From Octopus bimaculoides (lineage: Eukaryota): a stretch of DNA of 64,000 bases. Under the pieces are notes generated by a model that ran no database searches, had not been told where the DNA came from, and worked only from the letters and a program-made list of their open reading frames with translations. Below are positions 38,901 through 51,900 of the stretch, piece after piece; the first letter of the stretch is position 1, and the number at the start of each line of letters is the position of its first letter. Position numbers and translations under genes: made by a program. Location of the stretch: positions 28,056,753 to 28,120,752 of the forward strand of contig NC_068998.1 of NCBI RefSeq assembly GCF_001194135.2, read 5' to 3'.

Positions 38901-41900
38901 TGAAGTACTGTTGGGGGATACTCAAGTGGAAACTACGAGTTTACTCCTTTCTCATAGCCAATATCTAAATCACGACACTGCACGGCTTAGCTAAGTTTCA
39001 TGTAAAATATTGGTTTCAAATTTTAGTACAAAACTAGCTATTTCAGAGAGGGGTAAGTCAGTTGCACTGACCTCAGTGTTCAACTGATACTTATTTTATC
39101 AACCCCAAAAGGATGAAAGACAAAGCCGATCTTGATGGAATTTGAACTCAGAACATTAAGATAGATGAAATGCTGCTAAGCATTTTGCCTGGTGTGTTAA
39201 TGATTCTGCCAGTTTGCCACCTTAGTCCCACATAAAATATTGGCAACACATTTGTGTCAATTCTACTACTTTATTTGAGCAGCATTTGACTAATCCAACA
39301 AGATTAAAAGAGAACAAATGAAGGGAAGATGGAGTAATTAGCTCAATGTATGAAACTGTGAGAGATAAACACAGCAATTCATACAAATTAGCATATTCAA
39401 AATAAATAATTCCCAAAATGCACAATATCACAGAAACCTAAATCTTTTTTTTATTTATTTCAGTTTAACCACTGGGAAGTCGGCTGAAGCGCATGACACT
39501 TGTAACTGCTTAGACTAGTGCAGTCAATGAAGGTTATGTATGTTGCTGTGTAGCCCCAGTTAGTTACAAGATCTTACTACAAAAGTCATATTGATGTGGT
39601 TAAGTATATAACCAGTGTAGATACACAGTGTAGATAAGCAATTCAGGTGTAAACATTACACTTCTGAAATTTAGTGAGGATTTAATTGTTATTGATACAT
39701 TTTGTAATTCTTTGATTAGAGCATTGACCAGAAGTTATAGAACATGTAGGAAGTAAGCTAAATGACAAGTTGCAAAAAACAGATCTCTTCAGGTTTAATG
39801 TTTGTGGAAAAAGTGTAGGCAAAGTTGTTTAATTGGAATTGGGTGGATAGGGATGAGACAAAGAATGGCAAATTAAGAAGAAGCAAGAAAACATCATTAC
39901 AGTAGTGGCAGAAGATAGAGAAAGAGAGAAGCTTGGCACCTGGATGGGTAATTGGTTGTAATGTACTGGCGAGTGAATCTTTTCAGTCAACCAAATAATT
40001 GAAGATATTTGCTTTTATAGTAACGGCATTTTCTCAGATATGCCAGCAATACTCAATGTGGACTGCACTTGTGTTTTACAGAAGGTTTTAAGTATTTTAT
40101 AGCCTTGAAGAGGAAATTCAGATGCAGTTTTCGCAATGTTAAAGATGTAAAGTCATCATGGAAGATCAGAGATTGTGAAATCTAGCCAGGTGGAGGGTTT
40201 TAGTTATAAGTTATTCATGAATAGATATGGAGCGGCATGTTCCCACTGAAGGATATTTCTGAGGTGTCCGTTCATGGAATCATTGCAAATTATATAGAGA
40301 GTGGAAAACTTAACCAAATCCTAAGACACATTAGATTTGATAAAGTGTAGACAGCAGGAACTCTGTTGATACAAATGTTACAATAGTCTGACAGCAAACT
40401 TTTGATTCAAGAGATGAGGAATAACTTAGCTAGGAGGTTTTCATACAAGACATGCTGATATCAAGAGCAATAACAATGCTTTTAGCTTAGTTCTTAAAAA
40501 AGAAAAGACTTGAGCATGATGTAGGAAAGAACTTTTCTAAATATGGTTGTGTGGAAACTGTAGTGACAGTCAGCGACAAAAGAGAAAAAAAAAATGATGA
40601 TATAATAGTTTATGATTCTACCACCATTCAAATGTTGAAAGCAAAGTAACATATACTGTTGTATGTTTAGAGTTTAGCATAAATGTTTGTAGAGAGGGAA
40701 ATGCCAAGTTTGGTGAGAATAACAGCTAGCTAAAGGGTACACTTATGAGGGTAATATAGTCAGAACTAGTTGCCTTGTTGACCAGTAAAGCTTCCTAACA
40801 TGAAGTGAGCATGATAAAACCGCTGGGTTTGGTGAAAGGATTTCAAGAGAGATTTTATGTGTAAGCAATGTAGAATTGGAAGCAAAATAGACAGCAAATA
40901 TAGTGGCTTTATCTACAGAAATGATGCTTTTAAAGATTTATTCCTCAGAAAGTTTTGAAGGCCATGTGATTTAAGAGCAATTTTTACTTTCCTTTATGGT
41001 TATTTTGTAAGCATCAAAATGTGTAGAATTCTTAGTTAGTGGATGGTTTATAACTTTTTCCCAGTGTTGGAGGCAGTGTTGTTGTTCTGTAGAACTGAGA
41101 GTGAATAATTTGGGGGTTGGGGATATAAAACAACATATCTATAAGGGTTGTATCATTCACCGACTTTTCTGTTACAGACATAGTCAAGAGAATTTCTGCT
41201 AACTGAAGTAAAAGCTAGCACAAGTAATGAATACACTAAGAATTTCATGACATCCTTTGCAGTTGTGGGAAATCATTCACGAGTGAACTCAGATACTTCT
41301 GCTCTTCAATCCACCAGTAGATGTAACTGAATATATGTTTGACTATCCGAAATATCCCAAGGCTGTCTGTATGACCTGCATGAAACACCTCCAGCAGTTG
41401 ATGTAATACTAACTAGTACTGGATACAGCTTTGGAGAGAAGAGATAATAGTCAGTCAACCTTTTCCCAATAAACCAACTGAGATTGTTACAAATATTATG
41501 GCAAGGGATCCAAAAGAAAGTAAAAAATAAACATTTGAACAAAAGATTAAAAATCAAACATCATCCAAAGAATAAGAACAACAAAAATGATATAATATAT
41601 TGCCTAACAATTATAAAATTTTAGTTATAAACTTACCCCAGCCTACTACACCAAGGCCGTTCACCATAGTAGTATGAGAATCAGTCCCAACTACTGAATC
41701 AGGATACAGCATACCATTACTGCTAAAAACAACCCTTGCAAGATATTCCAAATTCACTTGATGTACAATTCCAGAACCTGGAGGTATAATCTGCATGTTC
41801 TTCAAAGCAATTGAGCCCCACTGAAAATAAAAAGTTTCAAAAGTTGGGTAGAAAAAGGCTTAAATATTTAAAACAAACAAAAATTAGATATAGACAAATT

Positions 41901-44900
41901 GTATTTGTTTGAGACTTTAAAACTATATCAAGGGTGGTCTTCTGTAGTTAGCAATTAAAATAATGGAAGTCCTCAACCAATATCATATTTTACTGCCTAC
42001 AACTAAGAAAATAAAATATTTTGTAACTAGAGCAGAGTACTAACAGATCATTTTTGGACCTTAAAAACATTTGACAGATATGAATATCATGGTACACTGA
42101 TTGGGAGTGGACACAGTTTAGATCACATACCAATTCCATCTGTATCCAGAAGCAAACCTGAAAAAGACACAACCTAAACATTCTAACATCTCTCTTCTGA
42201 AGGAACACAAATGCTAGTGAGGTACAAAGTTCCCTACTTTGTTCCCTCAGGTGGCTGCCAGATATCACAGGCTCATGTTGACTTTAAACAGTCATCTTTT
42301 AATGGTAATAAAGATGTCACTACGCATGCTAGATTGGTTACACAGCTGTAGAAAAATAGAGTATTGACAGAACAATCTAAAAGGCTGAAAAAGAAAGAAC
42401 AATTATATTAGCCACAACATCCAACGTTACAAGCTAAGAAGACAAACCATACATCCAATAAGTGAAGACTATAATGATTAGATATGATAGTGGCTGATGA
42501 AGAATGTATCTGATACTAGTTAAGTTGTAGACTTCAAAATCTTCTCCATTAAACCACTAGAAACAATGCCAATGAGATTTAGCTAATATGTCAGGAAGAT
42601 AAAATAGTCATTTTAAGAACCGTTACTAAAAAAACATTTAACTACAATCGTGATATGAACATATTACACGACATATTGGTCCAATTTAAAACATCAGTAT
42701 GATATCAATTGTTGCCTAACTGTATCCAGTTAGCCACCATGGTGGAACCAAGATATTGACTTGTGTGTAATGTTAACTTCCAAGAAAGACTGGGTAGAAC
42801 TGAGAGAGTGGTTGAGTATATAAGGCAAGTCATCATCATCATTTAACATCTGTTGTCCATGCTGGCATGGGTCAGACGGTTTGACCAGGGCTAGTAAGCT
42901 GAGGGGCTGCACCAGACTCCAGTCTGATTTGGCATGGTTTCTACAGCTGGATGCCCTTCTTAATGCCAACAACTACGAGAGTGTAATGGGTGCTTTTACA
43001 TGCCACCAGCGCAGGTGCCAGTTGCATGACACCAGTATCTGCCATGACTATGATTTCACTTGGCCTGATGGGTCTTCTTCTCAAGCATGGCACATCGCCA
43101 AGGATCTCAATCACTTGTCACTGCTCTGTGAGGCCCAATGTTCAAAAGGTGCTTTTTATGTGCCACCAATATGGGTGTTAGTTATGCGATGCTGGCATCA
43201 GCAAAAATTGCCTCCATGAGGCCCAATGCTTGAATGGCGCTTTTTACATACCACCAGCACAGATGCCAGTAACGTGACACCAGCATTGGCCACAACTATG
43301 ATTTCACTTGGCTTGACAGGTCCTCTCAAGTACGATATATTACCAAAAATCTCAATCACTAGGCATTGCCTCCACGAGGCCCAAAGTTTGAAAATCATGC
43401 TCCACCACCTCGTCTCATGTCTTCCTAGGTCTACCTCTACCACAGGTTCCCTCCACAGTTAGAGACTGGCACTTCTATACACAACTGTCCTCGTCCATAT
43501 GCATCACGACCATACCAGTGCAGTCGTCTCTTTTGCACACCACATCTAATGCCTCTTATGCCCAATTATTCTCTCAAGATGCTTACACTGTCATACATGC
43601 ACAGTGATATTGCACATCCAGCAAAGCATACTGGCTTCATTTTCTTCAAGCCTATGCATGTCCTTGGCGGTCACTGCTATGTAGCACAGCTGTTCACATA
43701 CACACACATCATACAGTTTGCCTTTCACTCTGAAGGAGAGGCCTTTTGTTGCCAACAGAAGGAGGAGCTCTCTGAACTTTTCTCAGTCAATTTTTATTCT
43801 TGCAGCTATGCTCTCAGAGCATCCACCTCCGCTACTGACCTGGTCACCTAAATAATGGAAGCTATCAACTACTCTAGCTTACCTGACTGGCAGTCGATGG
43901 AATCTATTTTCTGTACATTTTTAGTGTTTATTGTACCTGTGCATCTTCCAACTTGAATAAGATTATGATGGTTGGTATAGGGATATAACATAAATGGATA
44001 ATGTACAGTTGGTGAAGTTAGTGGTGGAAACTACATGCAGTAAAAGAGATTAAAGAAGACTTAGAAAGAGACGGTTATGAGAGATTTTAGAATATTGGGA
44101 CTCACAGAGGAAATGATGCAGAATGAAGACGTTTGGAGAAAGGCCAGTGATGAAAAGTTGTCATTATGATGATGATGGTTATCTATTTGTATGCGTGCAT
44201 ATGTACAGTATGTGTGTATTTTATTATTTTTTTTTTTTAAGTATAGCATATGTGCTTGCATGTACATGCAGCATGTCAAGAAATACTTCCTATTCTTCAA
44301 TTATGGAATGTTTAAAAAATATGTTACTAAATTGACCTTACCTTGTGAAAACGGTATATAAAGTATAAAAACATTTTTTAAAATTGGAATAATTTTTTTT
44401 CTCCCAACAAAAGAGTTATCCGTAATTATTGATGTGAATTCCTTTTAGAAATGTGATTGTCTATCTGAGTCAACCATTCAAAAGTTTAACAAAATATTGT
44501 GCACTGAATGACAGCAAGTGATATTTAGTACAGGTACCAGCATNNNNNNNNNNNNNNNNNNNNNNNNNNNNNNNNNNNNNNNNNNNNNNNNNNNNNNNNN
44601 NNNNNNNNNNNNNNNNNNNNNNNNNNNNNNNNNNNNNNNNNNNNNNNNNNNNNNNNNNNNNNNNNNNNNNNNNNNNNNNNNNNNNNNNNNNNNNNNNNNN
44701 NNNNNNNNNNNNNNNNNNNNNAAAATATTGTGCACTGAATGACAGCAAGTGATATTTAGTACAGGTACCAGCATCCAGTCAACATCATGGTATTTAGTAC
44801 AGGTACCAACATCCAGTCAACATCATGGTATTTGGAGTGATAACTAGTGATGGCGACATTATGCCTCCCTTCATCTTCCCATACAGCCTCACACTCAACA

Positions 44901-45875
44901 CTGAGGCCTACACCAAGTGCATGAAGGGGGTAGTGCTGCCCTGGTTCAAGAGGGTGGCTGCTGGAAGACCCTATGTCTAACAACACGACTCTGCATCATG
45001 CCACATCACCCCTAACAACTGGCCACCTGACTCCCCAGACTGCAACCCCCTTGAATTATCATGTGTGGGGCACAGTTGAGTGAGAGACCAACAAAACTTG
45101 AAACACCAAAGATGAACTGAAGGCAAGGATTATGGCAACATTTACCAATTTAAAGAGACTGTACAGAAGAGTTGCAGGAGATTCTGAAGTCGTCTGGAGG
45201 CTGTGGTTGAAGCCAATGGCGATTTTATTGAATAAATTTACTCTTTAGTATTTCAAGATATTCTTATGTAATTTTGGTATATATATCTGTTAAAATGAGA
45301 TGTCTGTGTTATTTTCATTTTTGCGTAGTTTAGACAATATATCCACCACACCCTGTATATTGGTACTATCAAACACATGGAAGATATGAGAAAAGATAAA
45401 CACAAGAATTTTGAGAAAAGATAAACACAAGAATTTTGAGAAAAGATAAACACAAGAATTTTGTCTATGAATCTCATGAAAAAAATGTAATCTGTATAAG
45501 ACTACTTTATATTCTGATTAATGAAATGATCTAAAATATAGTGTATAAAAATATAAAACTTTCTAGTATGGTGTTTGTATATCTATATATAGATTTATCA
45601 TCTATGTATATTAATTATCTATATAACAATAAATGATCCCTAACATATACTGCATATATTTATTCTTTTATTTTTTTCAGTCATTTGATTGCAGTCATGC
45701 TAGAGCACCACCTTTAGTCGAGCAAATTGACCCCAGGACTAATATTTGTAAGCCTAGTACTTATTCTATCATTCTCTTTGCTGAACCTCTAAGTTACGGG
45801 GATGTAAACACACCAGCATCGCTTGTCAAACAATGTTGCGGGGACAAACACAGACACACAAACATATACACACAT

Positions 45876-45925
<50 letters not shown>

Positions 45926-48900
45926 CAGGCTTCTTTCAGTTTCTGTCTACTAAATCCACTCACAAAGCTTTGGTTGGCCCGAGGCTATAGTAGAAGACAC
46001 TTGCCCAAGATGCCACGCAGTGGGACTGAACCTGGAATCACGTGGTTGGTAAGCAAGCTACTTACCACACAGCCACTCTTGTAGAGTACATACTTTTTTT
46101 TTTTCAAAATATTCCCAGCTTTAGATGCATGACCAGAAATTATATCTATTGCAGAAGTCAACCGATGTGTAATAATGTTGCGTTTTACTATTATATTGAT
46201 AATATGTTGGTTTTATATTTTGGTACAAACCCAGTAATTTCATGGGGACAGGGAAGTCGATTACATCAACCCCAGCGCCTAACTGGTACTTATTTGTCCC
46301 CAAAAGGATGAAAGGCAAAGAAGACCTTGACGGAATTTGAACTCAGAACATAAAAATGGACGAAATGCCTCTAAGCATTTTGCCTGGTGTGTTAACAATT
46401 CCACCATCTTGCTGCCTTATTGTATTGATAATATATTATATTAAATGTTCATTATATTTAGAGTCAACATAATTTATGTCTCATGAAATTAATATACAGA
46501 ACACTGGATGGAGTTTTTAAGAAGTTTTTTTACTTCATGAAAATTTAAAATGCTGTGCTTCAGCTAATTAAGATTCTGATTTTGAAATAAATATTTTCAA
46601 ATTGGAAAAAAATTGTTGGCAGATCTTGTGCTTAACAGTAAAAAATGAAATTTTAAAAAAAGTAGAGTGTTTTTAAAAAAATGCCTACTTAAATGATACT
46701 TTTTCGTTCTTGGACACGCCATGCATGCATTACTCAACACACTGAATAGCAACATTGAGTAAAACCTTATGCGCCCCCACCACCATCATTGTTTTAATGG
46801 TTACTTTTCTATATTTACAAGGGACAGACAAAACTTGTCAAATCAGATTCTTCTACAGTTGGATGTTCTTCTTGTTACAAACCTGCATCTCTTTCAGTAT
46901 AAGGTAATATTTCCCCCAGTCCTCCGAACATACTTTCACAGAAGATTGTAAACAAAAGGCACTGTTTATGAAGTGGTGACTTTTGTTTACAACTAGCATG
47001 CATGTATCAAGACAAAGAGAACATAAAAACACATATGTTGGGCTTCTTACAGTTTCCTTTCACCAAACCCCACTCACAAGGCAATGATCACCCCATGGCT
47101 ACCACACAAAGGATATGAATCCTAAACCTAAACCATGTGGTTCTGAAGTGAATTTTTTAAAAACACAGCCATGCCTACATTATCTATATAAATAAAATTG
47201 ATTTTCTTGACAGATCAAGTGTTTTTTGCAATGTTAACTTTTATAGCTGATTCACTTTTACAGCCTTTTACAGTTCAAAGGTCACTTCTGAATTTATTTT
47301 GTTTTGTTTAGAGATGTAAACATTTTCAATGTATTTTAGGTATTTTAGGCAGCAATTATATATATCTGACTGTTTTTCCTTAAATTATAAAACTGAAGAA
47401 AAATTTGTGCATAATTTACATGAGAGCTATTGTTTACTAATAATTACTGTGCACATAATATCTCTATATTTGCTTGTTCGTTTGCACATTATACATTAGT
47501 TAGTTAGAGAGGTGGAGGTGGAGTGAGAGAGAGAGATGAGTGAAGAAAGAAGAGGAAGAAGTGAAGAAAGGTGATTAATATTAATACACTTAGGCCAAAT
47601 GGCCATATGGTCAGCTGAAGGTAGAGGCGAAGAAAGAGAGAAAAAGAGGGAGAGAGAAGTGTTAACAATGTACAGTGGGGTGGGGAAGGAATACTTATTA
47701 TGTGGTTAAAAAGTTAGAAGGGAAAGGTAGATAGAGAGAGATGGATAGGGGAGGCAGTTATATTGAGAGAGAGAAAGATAGATAGTGATGGTGGTGGTGT
47801 GTAGATAGTGAAAAGTATCTTTTTATTGAACTAATTTTTTTTTATAGTGACCATCGCAATTATTTATTGCCTGCTCACTTAAAAAATTGATATTTGTTTA
47901 TAAGGGTTAATTTAGCCTAAACTCTGGATTCACATGAAACACGGTTGCAGGCAGCCTGAGAAAAGATGCACAGATATAGAGCATGGAACAGAGTGGAACA
48001 GCAAGAAAATATAATAAAAAAAAAAGGAAAAGGACAACACCGACGGAGACGTAAGGGAATGATGTAGACAAACAGCAAGAATATATAAAGAAAGCTAAAC
48101 TACGAATGCTATAAAAATGCAAATTATCCTTTCTTTCTTAAATAGGTCCTCTAAAGTTTTTCCATTCCAAGGAATTTCCAGGAGTCCCACTAATATGAAT
48201 AAATATAAGTATATCTGCCAGAATGAAAGCAAATAAGAGGAATGTATACCTTCAAAAATCGAAATCTTTCTTCGTTCCTTTCAAATTCACGAATTTCATT
48301 TTGTTGGAGAGCATCTGAACTAAAACACAAATAAAATAAAATTGTAAGTTAAATACTTATCTATTAGATAAAATTAATAAAGGAATTTTATCATCAATGA
48401 AAAATCTGTCTCTGGGACTAAATTCTAAAAAAATACAATAAAAATATCAAAATAGATAAATAAATATATAAATAAACAGAAGTATCTAGGGTGAAAAACA
48501 AACTACATAAGATAAGCAGAGTTAGATCTGGATGTTTTCTCTTGGAGATACATTTTCTTTTGAAAACTATTTTAATGTCCATGTTTCAGTGTTATGGCTT
48601 GCTGGGTCTGCAAAATCAAAAAAGGTGCTTTTTACAGCTAAAAATTCTTGATAATGCCAACCTCTCATTGAAATGGGTCTGCTTTGTATTCTCCAGCTCT
48701 GTATATTGAAATAAATATTAGTGCTATATAAAACTGAATAAATTATAAGCATAACATTATAACTTGCCCAGTTTAAGAACATCCTATATCTTGATGTTGG
48801 ACATGGGAAATAATTTTAACCTAATTATAACTACTTTGCTACTAAGTGATGGTAAGCCCAATCTAGATGCCAAGCAACAACAATTCCCCCCCACTTTACT

Positions 48901-51900
48901 AATGGCTCTTAGCTTCTATTTTAAAAGCAATGATTCAACAGATGAGATTCCTGTTAAATATAGGGAATTCAGAGAAGAACACATCACTGACAGATACAAT
49001 CAAAGGCCTATGGTTATAAGTAAAAGGATCTCTAAGGCTAAACATTATTAAAAGGGCTACACCAATTAATTAGCAGATGATCAATATTGTTATGTTGGTG
49101 TGTTTATGTCCTCATAACTCAGTGGTTCAGCAAAAGAGGGCAATAAAATAAGTACTAGGTTTACAAAGAATAAGTCCTGGAGTTGATTTCTTCAACTAAA
49201 ACCCAGCATGGCCACAGTCAAATGGCTGAAACGTGTAAAAGAAAAAAAAAATATATATATATATATTTATCAAGAACGACATTCTCAGAATAGTATTTTT
49301 GGTTTGGGATATTGTAGCTGGAAGTAATCTTTATAAGTAAGTTTGAAAATTCCAACTCAAACACAACAGGATATGACTGCATGTCAACAGTGATCAGTTT
49401 TTGAATCAAATAATATGTATCATTGATGATCATTGATGTCCTATATCTTTTTTTCCTTTCTTGTATTTCAGTTAAAGTAGTTTGTGTTTTGGCAAGAGGC
49501 ATATCTGTTACTGATGAATATCCAGCATCTGTGGTTTTCCTCTTCATTTTACCAATTTCTTTTGACAATTCATCAGTATGGAACATTTTTAAGATGATTA
49601 GATGTTGTGAAAGTTTTAGCTTTTTATCCTCCTGTATAATATTGCAGAAAGTGAACTTTCGTGGAAAATTTTTTGAAGTATACAGAAGTAAACGATACTT
49701 TCTGCAATGTTTCCATATCGAGAGAGAAAAACATAATATACAGAAGTTTGACCGTGCAAGGTGGCAAATTCAACACACACACACATCTTCACTCAACAAG
49801 TTATTCTGCACTACTACTTTGTTAGCTGCCAGGATCCCAAATTTGTCTATTTTGTGTAACAGGTGAGCTATGTAGAAAAATATATTTCCTGTGCTTACAT
49901 AAGTATGTTGAGTGATGGAAGTTGAAACTACCTGCCCACCTCCATTCAAAAGAGGAACAACCAATCAATGACTTCCTTTCTAACCAAGCTAGGAATTCCA
50001 CCTCTCTCAGGGATCCACTACTATACCATCCAGCTTTGGTTTGAGTCACAAATCCATAACTTGTGAGCACAAGAGGACGAAAAGACTAAATTTACAGAGC
50101 TAATAACTAATATGTTTATAACCACACTATGTGTTGCTTTTTGTGCTTTTCCTTTCCTCTTTTATTTTAGGCTTTATGCTAATATAACTTCTAAGACTAT
50201 ATATGTTGATTTTATGGTCACATAATGATTAAACAAATATGAGTCCTACATGCAGGTATAGAATGTAGAATGTATTACATACTGAGGGTTGCATCAGTGA
50301 ACTACATGGTTCAATGGCAATAAAATATAGAAACCTTGGTAAGATCAACCTAATTCTTTCATATACTCTTATACAGTAACTCTGCAATAGTGATTAATTA
50401 TGAAATATTATAACATACGACATGCAATTAATTACACTATGAATTTTCATGTGACAATACTTAGTTACGTTATAAATGATTAGCCTCTAATTTACTGGTA
50501 TTGGCTAATAAAGCGAAGCCAATTAATTAATAATCAGCTATTTTGCTTATCAGTGGTACATCCCATTCTTTTATCATTAAAAATGTAACTTAACTTCTTA
50601 AAATATATTACAATTAAAAACTTCTTTAATTAAGAGTTGAGAAGAACAATGAATAGATTATGAAACTTATAATTACAGACTAGAACAGTTGTAGCAGAAA
50701 TAGCAATCCCATGCTGGTGGCACGTAAAAAGCACCATTCAAGCATGGTTGATGCCAGTACTGCCTAACTGGCCCTCGTGCTGGTGGCACGTAAAAAGCAC
50801 CCACTACACTCTCGGAGTGGTTGGCGTTAGGAAGGGCATCCAGCTGTAGAAACTTTGCCAGATCAGATTGGAGTCTGGTGAAGCCTTCTGGCTTGCCATC
50901 CCTCAGTCAAACCGTCCAACCCATACCAGCATGGAAAGCGGACGTTAAATGATGACGACAATGATGATGAAATTATGCAATAATCATATCAATAATATTT
51001 GGCTAACTGAAAAGAAATTATTGTAAAAAATAAAAACAAAAAAATTCCCATTAACTTCATTTTTACAGGTATATAAAATATGCAAAGTGTTATAAAAGTG
51101 GTTTACATTACAAACCAAGTTAAATGCCATAATTAGAATAGAACTATTGAGATGACTGGGCATGGCTGTTTGGACATTCAGTTTGTTTTAGTAAGGGAGG
51201 TAAACACATACACAATGAATGTGCATAGAAATACGCACATACAGATATAGACATTACACATTCATAACTAGATGCTCACAAACATATTAAAATGACACGT
51301 CAGATAAGTCACCATCGAATCAGCAACATCAAATAGGCAGCACCAAAATCGTCATACCAAAACATCTCATGTCCACATCATGTATATATCTTATTGCATA
51401 CAGACATTGAAATATTGTGTTAAGCTGCTTGTTTATATTTTGATGTCTGTGTGTAAATCTGTAAATTCAGTCTGCTGCAAGAAGAACATAAGATGCAAAA
51501 ATTAAATTTAAATAGAATCTATTCTCTCATGTTCTTTGATATTTTCCCAATCAGTTTAACTCCCATCCAAAATTAGAACTTCAACATCTAAAAGACTTGA
51601 AATTAAAATCAAACCCAGTAGAATGTAAGCTAAATTAGTCATTTGCTTTGGCAGCATAAGTAATAGAAACATAACTTCAATGAAAATGAGGCTCTAAAAA
51701 TAAGCAGGAATAGCGAATATAGAATTGACAAAAGATAAATACCACCAGAAATTATAACAAAAATATTCTGTGATAATATCTGTATAACATCTTTGATATT
51801 ATGATAAAATGACTAAATAATTTGATTTAAAACACTGGACATGCATTCAAAAAGGAAAAGAAACGAATAGGCATACAATTAACACTTTAGAAATATGGAA

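Noticed and set aside
44478-44774. Long ORFs spanning N-gaps (also 55090-55621 and 59171-59716)
   Set aside because: These are artefacts of translating Ns; duplicated gap flanks indicate assembly problems.
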